A stretch of DNA of 63,991 nucleotides, counting the filler, from Octopus bimaculoides (taxonomy: Eukaryota), in assembly GCF_001194135.2 (NCBI RefSeq). It is 8 parts of 7 records of this genome, joined end to end, with 100 filler letters (N's around TTAATTAATTAA, not from the genome) between each part and the next. Parts side by side here need not be neighbours in the genome. Positions count along the whole stretch, not along the records: positions 1 to 6,067 come from NC_068992.1; positions 6,168 to 12,032 come from NC_068997.1; positions 12,133 to 21,399 come from NC_068993.1; 5 more parts are not named here. The stretch is one strand, 5' to 3'. This document shows positions 1 through 13,082 of the stretch, piece after piece. Within the stretch, counting starts at the first letter, position 1. Each line of letters opens with the position of its first letter. The notes below the pieces were generated by a model that ran no database searches, was not told the origin of the DNA, and was given only the letters and a program-made list of their open reading frames with translations. The position numbers and the translations under genes are program-made.

Positions 1-3000
1 TATATATATATATATATATATGTATGTATCTATGTGTGTGTGTGTCATTGTGTTCCCCCCCCCACTATCACTTGACCCTTGGTGTTGATTTGTTTATGTC
101 TCTGTAACTTAGAAGTTTGGCAAAAGTAACTGATAGAATAAGTACTAAGCATAAAAAAAAGATTTGACTAAAAGTTCTTTGAGGCGGTGCCCCAGCATGG
201 CTACAGTCTAATGATAAGAGACACATCTTTTTAGATGTTTTATCTTTCACTTGTTTTAGCCAGTAGACTGTGGCCATGCTGGGGCACCACCTTCAAGGGT
301 TTTAGTTGAAGAAATCAACCCCAGGACTATTTTTTAAGCCTAGAACTTATTCTGTCACTCTCTGTGCTGAATCGCTAGGTTATGAGAATGTAAACAAACC
401 AACACCAGTTGTCAAGTGGTGGTGTTGGGGTATGGCAAACACACACAAACAGACACACTCATTCTTTTATTCCTTTATTACTTTACTTGTTTCAGTCATT
501 TGACTGTGGCCATGCTGAATCACTGCCTTTAGTTGAATAAATTGATCCCGATCCTGGGACTTATTCTTTGTTAACCTAATGCTTATTCTATAGGTTTCTT
601 TTACCGAACTGCTAAGTTGCAGGGACGTAAACATACCAACATCAGTTGTCAAGCTGGGAGGACAAATACAAAGACACACACACATAGAAATACATATAAT
701 ATATATATATATATATATANNNNNNNNNNNNNNNNNNNNNNNNNNNNNNNNNNNNNNNNNNNNNNNNNNNNNNNNNNNNNNNNNNNNNNNNNNNNNNNNN
801 NNNNNNNNNNNNNNNNNNNNNNNNNNNNNNNNNNNNNNNNNNNNNNNNNNNNNNNNNNNNNNNNNNNNNNNNNNNNNNNNNNNNNNNNNNNNNNNNNNNN
901 NNNNNNNNNNNNNNNNNNNNNNNNNNNNNNNNNNNNNNNNNNNNNNNNNNNNNNNNNNNNNNNNNNNNNNNNNNNNNNNNNNNNNNNNNNNNNNNNNNNN
1001 NNNNNNNNNNNNNNNNNNNNNNNNNNNNNNNNNNNNNNNNNNNNNNNNNNNNNNNNNNNNNNNNNNNNNNNNNNNNNNNNNNNNNNNNNNNNNNNNNNNN
1101 NNNNNNNNNNNNNNNNNNNNNNNNNNNNNNNNNNNNNNNNNNNNNNNNNNNNNNNNNNNNNNNNNNNNNNNNNNNNNNNNNNNNNNNNNNNNNNNNNNNN
1201 NNNNNNNNNNNNNNNNNNNNNNNNNNNNNNNNNNNNNNNNNNNNNNNNNNNNNNNNNNNNNNNNNNNNNNNNNNNNNNNNNNNNNNNNNNNNNNNNNNNN
1301 NNNNNNNNNNNNNNNNNNNNNNNNNNNNNNNNNNNNNNNNNNNNNNNNNNNNNNNNNNNNNNNNNNNNNNNNNNNNNNNNNNNNNNNNNNNNNNNNNNNN
1401 NNNNNNNNNNNNNNNNNNNNNNNNNNNNNNNNNNNNNNNNNNNNNNNNNNNNNNNNNNNNNNNNNNNNNNNNNNNNNNNNNNNNNNNNNNNNNNNNNNNN
1501 NNNNNNNNNNNNNNNNNNNNNNNNNNNNNNNNNNAAATATATATATATATATATATACATGAAGAATTTCTTTTAAAATTAGCGTTATTAAAAACATAAC
1601 ACGACTTCAGTTTTATGTTATTTTGTTTTCTCATGGATGTTTCATACTTCCTTATTTTTGTTCTTTTATTTTGTTCAGAACAATAAAGCTCCTTCAACGA
1701 TCAACTGTTTCTAGAGCTTTCCGGAATGAACTATTTTCATAAAGTGGTTATTTGTTATATTTTCTGTTTTCCTCAGTTTTATTGTAGAGTTTGAATGATT
1801 TAAGTTGTTCACAAAAACACAAACAGGAAATTGTGTCTAAAAAAATGAGGTTTTGACATACTTAATTCAGCAAGACACAATAACATCAGTTATCTGAGAT
1901 TACACCTGTAACGAGAACAGGTAAAAATTGTTGAGCAATGCCCAAGTCAAAGGGTTAAACTTCTGTAATGCGACACGTTCCTGTTGAACTGGTGTGAACT
2001 GGTGCCAGTGTGTGTGATTGTTATATTAAGTTTTGCAATGTAATCTTCTTAGTGTCACTGTGTGTGACCTTGGGCAAGTGTCTCGTCTTCTGCTATAGCC
2101 TTGGGCTGACAAATACCTTGTAATTGAATCTGGTAGATGGAGACTGTGGAAGCCCATTGCGTGTGTCTTTGTGTTCGTCCTTCACCGCTGCTTGACAACA
2201 GATGTTAGTTTGTTTACATCCTTGTTACTTAGCAGATTGGCGAAAGAGACCAATAAAATGAGTACTAAACTTTAAAAAAAATTAGCATTAGAGTTGACCT
2301 GTTCTTCCACTTTAAACCTTTCAAGGTGGTGCTCCAGCATGGCCACAGTCCAATGACCAAAACAAAATAAAAATAAAGAAGCAAGTGAAGAAAAAAATGT
2401 ACATATTTACCTGAAACACATGTAAAGGGAAAAAAAACCTCATTAATTTTCCATTTTGTTTTATTTTGTATTTTAACCCCACCCATCTCCCCGCACCCAT
2501 CTGCAAATTTTTGACATCTAATTAGTCAATTAGCTTTTCATTATGCTCTTCTTCTTCTTCTNNNNNNNNNNNNNNNNNNNNNNNNNNNNNNNNNNNNNNN
2601 NNNNNNNNNNNNNNNNNNNNNNNNNNNNNNNNNNNNNNNNNNNNNNNNNNNNNNNNNNNNNNNNNNNNNNNNNNNNNNNNNNNNNNNNNNNNNNNNNNNN
2701 NNNNNNNNNNNNNNNNNNNNNNNNNNNNNNNNNNNNNNNNNNNNNNNNNNNNNNNNNNNNNNNNNNNNNNNNNNNNNNNNNNNNNNNNNNNNNNNNNNNN
2801 NNNNNNNNNNNNNNNNNNNNNNNNNNNNNNNNNNNNNNNNNNNNNNNNNNNNNNNNNNNNNNNNNNNNNNNNNNNNNNNNNNNNNNNNNNNNNNNNNNNN
2901 NNNNNNNNNNNNNNNNNNNNNNNNNNNNNNNNNNNNNNNNNNNNNNNNNNNNNNNNNNNNNNNNNNNNNNNNNNNNNNNNNNNNNNNNNNNNNNNNNNNN

Positions 3001-3594
3001 NNNNNNNNNNNNNNNNNNNNNNNNNNNNNNNNNNNNNNNNNNNNNNNNNNNNNNNNNNNNNNNNNNNNNNNNNNNNNNNNNNNNNNNNNNNNNNNNNNNN
3101 NNNNNNNNNNNNNNNNNNNNNNNNNNNNNNNNNNNNNNNNNNNNNNNNNNNNNNNNNNNNNNNNNNNNNNNNNNNNNNNNNNNNNNNNNNNNNNNNNNNN
3201 NNNNNNNNNNNNNNNNNNNNNNNNNNNNNNNNNNNNNNNNNNNNNNNNNNNNNNNNNNNNNNNNNNNNNNNNNNNNNNNNNNNNNNNNNNNNNNNNNNNN
3301 NNNNNNNNNNNNNNNNNNNNNNNNNNNNNNNNNNNNNNNNNNNNNNNNNNNNNNNNNNNNNNNNNNNNNNNNNNNNNNNNNNNNNNNNNNNNNNNNNNNN
3401 NNNNNNNNNNNNNNNNNNNNNNNNNNNNNNNNNNNNNNNNNNNNNNNNNNNNNNNNNNNNNNNNNNNNNNNNNNNNNNNNNNNNNNNNNNNNNNNNNNNN
3501 NNNNNNNNNNAAACCTGATGATTGTTACATATTACTTAATAAATATAATCTACTTCATTCTTGACATCTTATATATTTTTCTTTCCACATTTCT

Positions 3595-3640
<46 letters not shown>

Positions 3641-4429
3641 CTGTACTTGCAATTTTATTTTTATTTTACAAAGAAATTAGTTACCGCATATTCCTGCCTA
3701 TATTTTCTCTTTTACATCCTTGTTTCTCTTCATTCATATTCCTTCATCATTAACGTTCTTATACAAATAAATCTTTCTTTCTCTATCAAATTATACATCT
3801 CCTAATTATAGCTCTATGGTGTGTGTGTGTTTGTGTGTTTGTGTATATGTGTGTATGTTTGTGGAATTCTCCCCTGATAAAATACCCAATTTTCAATATG
3901 AAAATTTTATATTAATTTAATTTAATTTAATTTCTCTAATTGAATTAATTGGATATGAAAATGGCTGTAGGGATAAGAATTTCATATCATATTGATTTGA
4001 ATATCTTTGAATAAACTGATGTCTGTATGTCAATTTTCTTCTCTCTCCCTCTCTCTCTCTCTCACACACACACACACATACACACGCATATATATATGTA
4101 NNNNNNNNNNNNNNNNNNNNNNNNNNNNNNNNNNNNNNNNNNNNNNNNNNNNNNNNNNNNNNNNNNNNNNNNNNNNNNNNNNNATATATATTAAAGTAAT
4201 AAAGTTAATATCTGGTCATAGAATGAACAAATGGTTTCACATCCATGAAAGGTGTAGCTTCGTGGATGACTCAATCCGAAGACAAATTTAACTCTTTTAT
4301 ATAGATATGTTTTACGTTTCGAGCATAGCTCTACTTCGTAAACAGGAAACATAGTAAAGTCCAAAAGAAAAAGGAGGAAAAAATCACCAACAGTCCACAT
4401 GTAGTTACATTTTGTAATGTATAAAGATC

Positions 4430-4700
4430 ATCATCATCGTCGTCATTATTTAATGCCTGTTGTCCATGCTGGCATGGGTTGGACAGTTTAACAGGGCTGG
4501 CACACTGGAAGGCTGTACCAGGATCCAGTCTAACTTGGCATGGTTTTCTACGGCCGGATGCCCTTCCTAACGCCAACCACTCTGAGAGTGTCATGGGTGC
4601 TTTTATGTGCCACCAGTACGGGTGCCATTTGCATGACACCGGTATCTGCTGCGACTGTGATTTTTGCTTGGTTTAATGGGTCTTCTTCTCTAGTACGACA
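4430..4700 (-). mobile_element. Repeat family D (SINE or LINE 3' end with (ATG)n tail)
   Basis: CCATGCTGGCATGGGTTGGAC..GGATGCCCTTCCTAACGCCAACCAC. An inverted partner lies at 7675-7953. Confidence 0.75.
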
Positions 4701-5827
4701 TAATGCCAAAGGTCTTGGTCATTACCCCTGTGAGACCCAACACTCGAAAGGACGAGGCCCAGGACTGTGTTCTGTTCTAGTACTTGTTTTGGTCCTTCTT
4801 AGCACCAACCCCTGTACAGAGGGTACTGGGTACTTTTGATGTGGCTGAGGCACTGATAAGGATACTTTTCAGCTTGCAAGATTAAAGGGCCTAAAGAGGC
4901 CCCTATAAATGAAGAAGAATAGGAAAGAGAGGGGGGGAGAGAAAGTGAGTGATTGTAGGCAAAGTGATAAAAGGTATTAAGATATGATGAGAGAAATAAA
5001 TTCATAGTTGTGAGGGTGGTGGTGGCGGTGGTGGAGAGTGTAACAGAGCAGACACTGTTAGGGGTTTAGAGTGAAGAAGGGATAGAGGAAAAGGAAGGGA
5101 TTAGCTGTGCTGGTTATTGAGAAAGTGGGGGGATAAAGTGGTAAGGGTGATGGAGTGGGTTGTGTGGGCCAGGGTAAGCATCACAGGTGGTGGCGGTAGA
5201 AGATGAGAGAGAAAGAGAGAGAGAGGGGTGGATAATGAAATGATGATTGAAGTGAGGGGTGATGGGTAGAGGAAAGAAGGGGAGCACATAGAGCGTGATG
5301 AGGAGGGACCAGGTTAGTCTTTCATGAACATGTTAAGAGAGGGATGGAGGAGGTAGAGAGATAGGTAGTGGGGTGGGTGTGTTTTCAGTGGGGCTGTATG
5401 CAGGGTGGTTATTATATGCAATTTGTGAGCTTCGTAGGTGGTGGGGTGAGGGGGGGGGTGATAAGAAATGAAGGAGTATGAGTAATAGGGAGATGAGATA
5501 ATTAAAGTGCATCGGGCGTGGGTGGGGGAGATGGATGAAAAAAAAAAGGGAAGGTGATCAACAGGTAGATAAAAGAGGGGAATCAGGAGTGAAAAAGGGT
5601 GGAGGCAAATCTAGGCTTGGGAGGATACAAATACATACATACATACATACATACATACATAAATAGACATAGATACATACATACATACTGCATGTATGCA
5701 TACATACATGCATATATTGATTCATACATACATTCACACATACATGCATATATGCATGCATACGTACATACATACATACATACATACATAGACATAGATA
5801 TACATACATGTATATCCCTGTATGTGC

Positions 5828-5867
<40 letters not shown>

Positions 5868-5870
<3 letters not shown>

Positions 5871-6067
5871 GGCACTTGGCTTGGTGGTTAGGACATTTGG
5901 CTCACAATTGTAAGGCCGTGAGTTCAATTCCCGGCGATGTGTTGTGTCCTTGAGCAAGACACTTCATTTCACGTTGTTCCAGTCCACTCAGTTGACAAAA
6001 ATGAGAAGTACCTGAATTTCAAAAAGGGCCAGCCTTGTCACACTGTGTCATGCTGAATATCCCTGAG
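5868..6067 (+). mobile_element. SINE family C (tRNA-derived)
   Basis: TGGCTTGGTGGTTAGG A box, GAGTTCAATTCCC B box, GTGTCCTTGAGCAAGACACT. Related copies at about 59785-60090(-) and 60722-60943(+). Confidence 0.75.
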
Positions 6068-6111
6068 NNNNNNNNNNNNNNNNNNNNNNNNNNNNNNNNN
6101 NNNNNNNNNNN

Positions 6112-6123
6112 TTAATTAATTAA
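6112..6123. other. Assembly gap placeholder TTAATTAATTAA inside a 100-bp N run
   Basis: The same 44N+12+44N pattern occurs at 12077, 21444, 39378, 44411, 60988 and 62894. Confidence 0.95.
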
Positions 6124-6329
6124 NNNNNNNNNNNNNNNNNNNNNNNNNNNNNNNNNNNNNNNNNNNNGACTTTGAAGAAAATATGTTTTTTATAAAAGTT
6201 CACATACAATAATTATATCAGCTAAATAAAAACCTTCTTTAAATGCAGTAAAACCTATAACATATTCAGAACGCTATCTCAGAAAATTATCACTGATCTT
6301 TTTGAGCATACAGAAAACAAATCCAGGCG

Positions 6330-6650
6330 GGGCAAAATGAATAAGACAAGATAAGGTAAATTTGCCTCTCCAGTTCTCCAGAGTTACATTTGGAAAGAGA
6401 GCCATACACATAAGCATCCATCCTTAGACATCAGACAGATCAGAAATGCAACAAAATTTGAAATATCTTGGACAAATGAAAGAGTATCATAGAAAAATAG
6501 CACATGATATGAAATTAATGAAACTCAATGAAGTCTAAAAATTCAACAAAAAATATTCTGTGTAGCTTTTTCAAAAATTATAAATATTTTATGAGCTACT
6601 TCAATTACATTCGGGTCAAATTTGAGGAAAAAATTCTTAGAAAAAATACC
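6330..6650 (+). mobile_element. Degenerate LINE RT C-terminal remnant (RTE-like)
   Basis: LKYLG at 6458-6472 and EEKILRK at 6624-6644 (cf. FKYLG ... ERKILRKI). Confidence 0.45.
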
Positions 6651-7674
6651 TGTCACCTATGTTTGAAAGTCTCCACTTCAACAACAATTATGTAATCTAT
6701 ACTGATCAAATTTTATTCCCAAAGATTATGCAATGGGAAAAAATAACAAATAATCAGAAATTATTCACTTTGACTCAGTTCCTAATTTTGTCCCACTTCC
6801 ATATAATACTTCTAAGTGTTTGACAAAATGACAAAATATATAGGAAAAAATAAGAAAGAAAAAAGGCCCAATTTAATGAAATACATTTGAATGTATATGC
6901 AATAATTCTAAAGCCAAAAGAGAATGCTTTTAGCTGTTGAAAGATGTAATCTATAATATATACAATTAAAGCTAAATTGAAAATTAAAATTTTGTTACAT
7001 ATTTATTTACTTGTTTCATAAAATACAACCAGTTTTCAATACCTCAGAGAAATAAGTTGAGAAGTAAAAATGTGTGTGTGTGTGCGTGCACGTACGTGCA
7101 CTTTTAACTGNNNNNNNNNNNNNNNNNNNNNNNNNNNNNNNNNNNNNNNNNNNNNNNNNNNNNNNNNNNNNNNNNNNNNNNNNNNNNNNNNNNNNNNNNN
7201 NNNNNNNNNNNNNNNNNNNNNNNNNNNNNNNNNNNNNNNNNNNNNNNNNNNNNNNNNNNNNNNNNNNNNNNNNNNNNNNNNNNNNNNNNNNNNNNNNNNN
7301 NNNNNNNNNNNNNNNNNNNNNNNNNNNNNNNNNNNNNNNNNNNNNNNNNNNNNNNNNNNNNNNNNNNNNNNNNNNNNNNNNNNNNNNNNNNNNNNNNNNN
7401 NNNNNNNNNNNNNNNNNNNNNNNNNNNNNNNNNNNNNNNNNNNNNNNNNNNNNNNNNNNNNNNNNNNNNNNNNNNNNNNNNNNNNNNNNNNNNNNNNNNN
7501 NNNNNNNNNNNNNNNNNNNNNNNNNNNNNNNNNNNNNNNNNNNNNNNNNGCTATAATTCCCTTGGGAACTATATAAGCTGCTTCCAGACTGAGTAGTTTT
7601 TTTAATTGAATTAATTGGTGTCTCTAATGTGGCAAAATCTGCCTCACGGAGGCAATGAGAAATGAATGAGACCT

Positions 7675-7953
7675 TTAGCATTGTCGTGCTTGAAAAGAAG
7701 ACCCATCAAGCCAAGTAAAGTCACAGTTGTTGCAGATGTTGGTATCACGCAAATGGTAACCTTGCAAGTGGCCTATAAAAGCATCCATTACTCTCTTGGA
7801 GTGGTTGGTGTTAGGAAGAGCATCCAGTTGCAGAAACCATGCCAAATCAGACTGGAGTCTGGTGCAGCCTTCCAGCTTACCAGCCCTGGTCAATCCATCC
7901 AACCCATGCCAGCATGGACAACGGACACTGAATGATGATGATGATGATGATGA
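7675..7953 (+). mobile_element. Repeat family D copy
   Basis: Reverse-complement similarity to 4430-4700; ends in (TGA)n. Confidence 0.75.
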
Positions 7954-9982
7954 TTTATCACAAAAGAGAATCCATCAAATTTTTTAAAAGTCAAGCTATC
8001 CTTGTATATTCAAACTGACCTTCTTCAAGCCTGATTCATGATTTAATCAAGTGTTACATACCCTTCTTAGCAGGCAGCTCCCAATATCTAACAGACACCC
8101 AAGGCAGTTGCCCACTCTACCCCACTATAAATCCAGCCTTGACTGTGACAATCATTTTTTTCTTTTTACTTTTATGTTTTCATTATTTTTTCCTCCACAT
8201 GTTTATTATTTTCACTTCCATGTGTATGCTGAACATTTTTCACTTGTATCATGTCTGTAATGCAATTTTCAAGCTATATANNNNNNNNNNNNNNNNNNNN
8301 NNNNNNNNNNNNNNNNNNNNNNNNNNNNNNNNNNNNNNNNNNNNNNNNNNNNNNNNNNNNNNAAAGTGTATATTTTAGTCATTACATGTCTCAGGGTCAC
8401 TGCCTTTCCTATCTTCACTTGCACAGGTTTATGCTGAATATATATATATATTTTTTTTTTACTCATACAATTCCCTCTCCTCTCCCAAATCTTCACCCTG
8501 ATTTTCTCTATTTAATTTCTTGCAAGATACCAGAGTAAATACTGTGAGTCTGTATGTGTGTGTGTTTGAATGTATATACTGCCATCGTCTTCCTCATCAT
8601 TATCTTCATCATCATCATTACCTTAGATGTTTCAATGTCTACTCTGCCTTGCATGTCTCACACAGAATTCATGGAAGTATATTTTCTACAGGATGATGCT
8701 TTTCCTGTCATCAACTCTTATCCATTTCCATTACATATCATCAGATAATACACACTCACACATACACACACACTACAAGCTTCTTTCAGTTTCCATTTAC
8801 ATATAGTTTAATTTTTATTTTCCAAAAGTAGGAAGGAGATGCTAACTTAGCTTGAATTGTCATAATTAGTAACCAGGGATATATTATGTTGAAGGATGGA
8901 AATTGATATTGAAATATTATCTATACGTTGGCAAGAATGAAATAATTTGAAAATGAGATTCGGATGTACGTCTGGAAGTAATGCAAGTAAGAATGGTGTG
9001 TCAAATGACTGCTGTTTATGAGTTCAGATAATCAGTAACTATTGATGTAGTAATAAACCATCCATATCCAGCCCAAATATTTTACTTTTTTTTTATGTTC
9101 AAACAAGCCAGATCTGGCTTTTCACACTAACTCAACAATATCATTCTAGAAATAAATAATTATATCATCAAAATCTTGAAGCTATGAGATAATGCTTGAT
9201 TATTTCAAAACAATGCGACTAAATAAGCATTAAACTTGCCAAATTAATCTGAATGCTAAAGGATTAAAAGTAAGATATCTGGTGAGCAGTAAATAAAAGT
9301 TTACTCATCAGGTGGATGGGAAACAGGGTTTGTTAATCTCTGGGACAATAATTCAAAGACTTCATAGAAACTGGAAGATGCAGTCAATTGCGCCATTTTA
9401 TAACTAAATGCTTGTCTCTTTTATATATTTGTTTATAGAATACTGAAATACTAGAAAGTCATATTTTCATGTTTTATCTAAAGGGGAATTTTCTTCAGAT
9501 TTTATTGGTTATGTATGATCAGACATGTATTTTCGCTACTTCAATCCTACAAGGGGATTTTATTGAGACACTTTTAAAGCCAAATCATTCAGCACCATTT
9601 TCATTTATAAGCTGAGATGTGAAGTGAAAAACAAAGAGAAGCGATTTTAAACATTTTTCTTAGCATTTGCTATAGCAGCGTTTGATATAGTATTTACTAA
9701 AGCATTACAAGAAGACCTTTAAAATGTATATTTTTGCTTACTTGTTCCTGAGGGGAAACAATAAAAGTTTGGGAACATTCAGTTCAGCCACTAATTATCA
9801 TAATTGTTCAGGTTTGCTCTCTTACATCCACCACAGAAAAAAAATCAAATGTTAATCTCACTTTGATTAGAATATCTTTTAACTTCATAGTTCATTATTT
9901 TGTAATATTAAATGCATCAGTTAATATTAACATAACAAATGGTTAATTATCTCTGCTTTACAACAAAATTATTTATTTTCAG

Positions 9983-10157
9983 ATGCGAGACCTGGGATAT
10001 TTTGCCATGATTCTGTTTATTTTCATGACTGCCTTTGGCATTGCTACCCAATCAATTCTCAATCCAAGTACACCGGCTTCATTTGAGTTGATTAAAGAAG
10101 TCTTTAGAAAAGCATATTTTCATATATATGCAGAAATTTTTATTGAAGAATATGAAG
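9983..10157 (+). CDS. Internal exon of a TRPM-family cation channel (S5, pore helix, selectivity filter)
   Basis: Translation MRDLGYFAMILFIFMTAFGIATQSILNPSTPASFELIKEVFRKAYFHIYAEIFIEEYE matches the TRPM pattern M.DL..F..IL..F...FG.A.Q.IL.P...W.L...IF..PY..IYGE.F..E. Acceptor ttatttattttcAG at 9981-9982 (phase 0) and donor GTaaac at 10158 (phase 1). Paralogue cannot be assigned. Confidence 0.9.
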
Positions 10158-10758
10158 GTAAACATATTTGATATATTTTTCAATTTGGGTTTGGGGAATT
10201 GGCAGAAACAATGGCTTACAAACATATTTTTGAGTTTCATTAGGAAAAGTTATTTCCTAATTTGGTGCAATTTGTTAGCAGAAATTGTAAATATAGTTTT
10301 AAAGAATATATTTTTAACCCTTTGCATTCTAAAATGAAATCATGTCTGATTCAACTTTGCTTTCATCCATCTGCTATCAATACATTAAGTTCTAGTATTA
10401 TTTAGAATTTGATTCAGTCTAGACAAAATCTGTCCATGTGCTCTGACAAAATAAATTTGTACATTTTCTATTTTTGACAATATTTTGGATAACATGACCA
10501 ATAAGATCCAATTGTAATGTCTTTTTCATGGTCCATCCAAGAAGAAATATTTTATTCTGCTACCTAATTGCAGTTGATACGAGGAAATAAAAGAAATTAA
10601 AAGATATTATTTCAGGAATATGTCAGTTAAAACTTTAGACTCCATATTTAACAAGTTATCGCAATCATCATTATCATCATCATCATCATCAACATCATTG
10701 ATGATGATGATGATGATGATGATGATAAAAAAATCATAGAAATAGTCAATAATAACGA

Positions 10759-10799
<41 letters not shown>

Positions 10800-10801
<2 letters not shown>

Positions 10802-12300
10802 TAGTAGACAATCAACACAACTAAGTAACAAGAAGAAAACAAAAATACTGTACAAATACAACATTACAGAAAAAGATTTACCTGAGGCAAAAGAAAAGCT
10901 AAAGCAAGATATCCTGGCCAAAGCACAAAGGATCCGCCGGTATGAGAAACGCCAACGTTTCTTTGAACAAAACAAACAGTTAAAATCCAACCCCCAAAAA
11001 TTCTACCAGGAACTTGGCAAAAATAAGATAGACATTACTGCAGCACCAACAGCAGAAGAAGTGGAAGAATTTTGGAAACAAATATGGTCGGTGAAGCAAC
11101 AACCCCAGAAAAGGACCATTAAAACAACGAACTTAGCACCTGATCAAATCTGGACCCCTATAACAACTGAAGAGTTCACCCAGGCATTGCAAAGACTAAG
11201 CAACTGGAAGGCACCTGGGCACGACAAGATGCCCAACTTCTGGTTAAAATACCTGACAGGAATGTACAACAAGCTGGCTGAAAACTTTAACAACATACTA
11301 ACAGAGCCAGAGACAATGCCTGAATGGCTCACGAAAGGGAAAACCATCTTAATCCCCAAATCCACGGAAATAGAGAGACCACAAAACTACAGACCTATAA
11401 CCTGTCTCCCTACGATCTACAAAGCCTTTACTGCAATAATATCGCAGAGATTGAGTAAGCACCTGGAAAATAACAACCTGTTTCCAGAAGAGCAGAAGGG
11501 ATGCTGCAAGGGCTCATACGGCTGTAAAGATCAATTATTGATCCATAAAGCCATAACTGAAGACAGCCGCAGAAAGAAGAAAGGCCTCAGTATGGCCTGG
11601 GTCAACTACCGAAAGGCTTTCGACAGTGTTCCCCACATGTGGATCCTTGAAACACTAGCCATAAATAAGGTGGCACCAATTATTATAAAATACATACGGC
11701 ACTCTATGAATAAATGGCAGACAGTGCTACAGCTCCAAACAAAAGAGGGACTGGTGAAAACGAAAGCCATCCCCATTAGAAGAGGAATATTCCAGGGAGA
11801 CACGCTCTATCCACTCCTGTTCTGCCTGGCACTCACACCTTTAACTGAATTGCTAAATAGAACTGGATGCAGATACAAATGTTACGGCAAAACAGTCAGC
11901 CACCTTTTATATATGGATGACCTAAAATTATACGCTAGAAATGATAAAGAGCTGGAAACACTACTACAGGCAGTACATGGATTTACCAAGGAAATAGATA
12001 TGAAATTCGGATTAGGAAAATGTGCCAAAGCANNNNNNNNNNNNNNNNNNNNNNNNNNNNNNNNNNNNNNNNNNNNTTAATTAATTAANNNNNNNNNNNN
12101 NNNNNNNNNNNNNNNNNNNNNNNNNNNNNNNNGGTTTCTTAAACATTCACTTGAACAAAACTGTACAAATCCAAATATATGGTACCCTAGGCATAACACC
12201 TACATGAACTTCTAACTTGTTGTCTCTTGAGGTCTCTGGGTGAGACTTGGATCCAACTTGTACAAATGCAAAACAAAAGTCGAACATAAAATAATAATAA
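10800..12300 (+). mobile_element. 5'-truncated Dong/R4-type (RLE) non-LTR retrotransposon, RT region plus 3' end
   Basis: Stop-free frame from 10800 to the gap at 12033 with RT motifs WKAPGHD, NYRPITCL, EEQKGC..GSYGCKDQLLI, KAFDSVPH, RGIFQGD, YMDD (11910-11921). Flanked by (AAT)n at 10760-10800 and a TAA-type tail at 12290-12300. 12133-12300 is read as the 3' end across a placeholder gap. Confidence 0.88.
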
Positions 12301-12320
12301 CAATAGTCCTGGCACTAAAG

Positions 12321-12444
12321 GAATCTCGAGATGTCCTGTGCTGACACCAAACGAATCTCGGAATGCCCTGTGCTGAAACCAAACGAACTAATAAAACAAT
12401 AGACCATCTCGTCTCGTGATGTCCTGTGCTGACACCAAACGAAT
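12321..12444 (+). repeat. Short tandem repeat, ~32-bp unit x3
   Basis: GAATCTCGAGATGTCCTGTGCTGACACCAAAC at 12321 and 12353, with a third copy at about 12411 after an interruption. Confidence 0.8.
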
Positions 12445-12519
12445 AGAAAAATCGCTACCATAGGCTACGATATTATTTACATTAGAAAAAATGCAAATAC
12501 TACAAAGTCACCACGCCTG

Positions 12520-12790
12520 CTTACTGGTATGAACATCATCTTGAGCCAGTCATTGAAGGTAAAATTGTCACACCCTCTGGGATTTTTCAGTCAACACCGA
12601 CAGAACGTTCCAGGCTAATTGACCAGACATAATCATTAAAGACAGAGAAGAAAATACTTGTAGATTAATAGATGTAAGTATTCCTAATGATATAAATATA
12701 TCTGTAAAGCCATTTGAAAAATAATGTAAATATAAGGGCCTGGAAATTGAAATACAAAATATGTGGCATCTTAAATCGAAACACTACGTC
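12520..12790 (+). mobile_element. Decayed restriction-like endonuclease (PD-(D/E)xK) fragment of a Dong/R4-type LINE
   Basis: Reads WYEHHLEPVIEGK..LWDFSVNTDRTFQAN*PDIIIKDREENTCRLIDVSIPND...EK*CKYKGLEIEIQNMWHLK, with stops and a frameshift. Confidence 0.8.
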
Positions 12791-12869
12791 TTTAAAGGGA
12801 CTTTCCTTGGATGAAATATTGCAGCCAAAATGCGTTTAACAACATACATACATTACGCATTTGACATCG

Positions 12870-13082
12870 ACTACCCCCCCACACACACACACACTCAAGC
12901 ACACACACACTCAAGCACACACACGCACACTGAAGCACACACACACACTGAAGCACACACACACACNNNNNNNNNNCACACGCACACTGAAGCACACACA
13001 CACACTGAAGCACACACACACACTCAAGCACACACACACACACACACACGCACACACACACACACACACTCAAACACACACG
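12870..13082 (+). repeat. CA-derived minisatellite (CACACACACTSAAGCA units)
   Basis: Directly visible repeated ACTCAAGCA/ACTGAAGCA interruptions of (CA)n. Confidence 0.85.
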
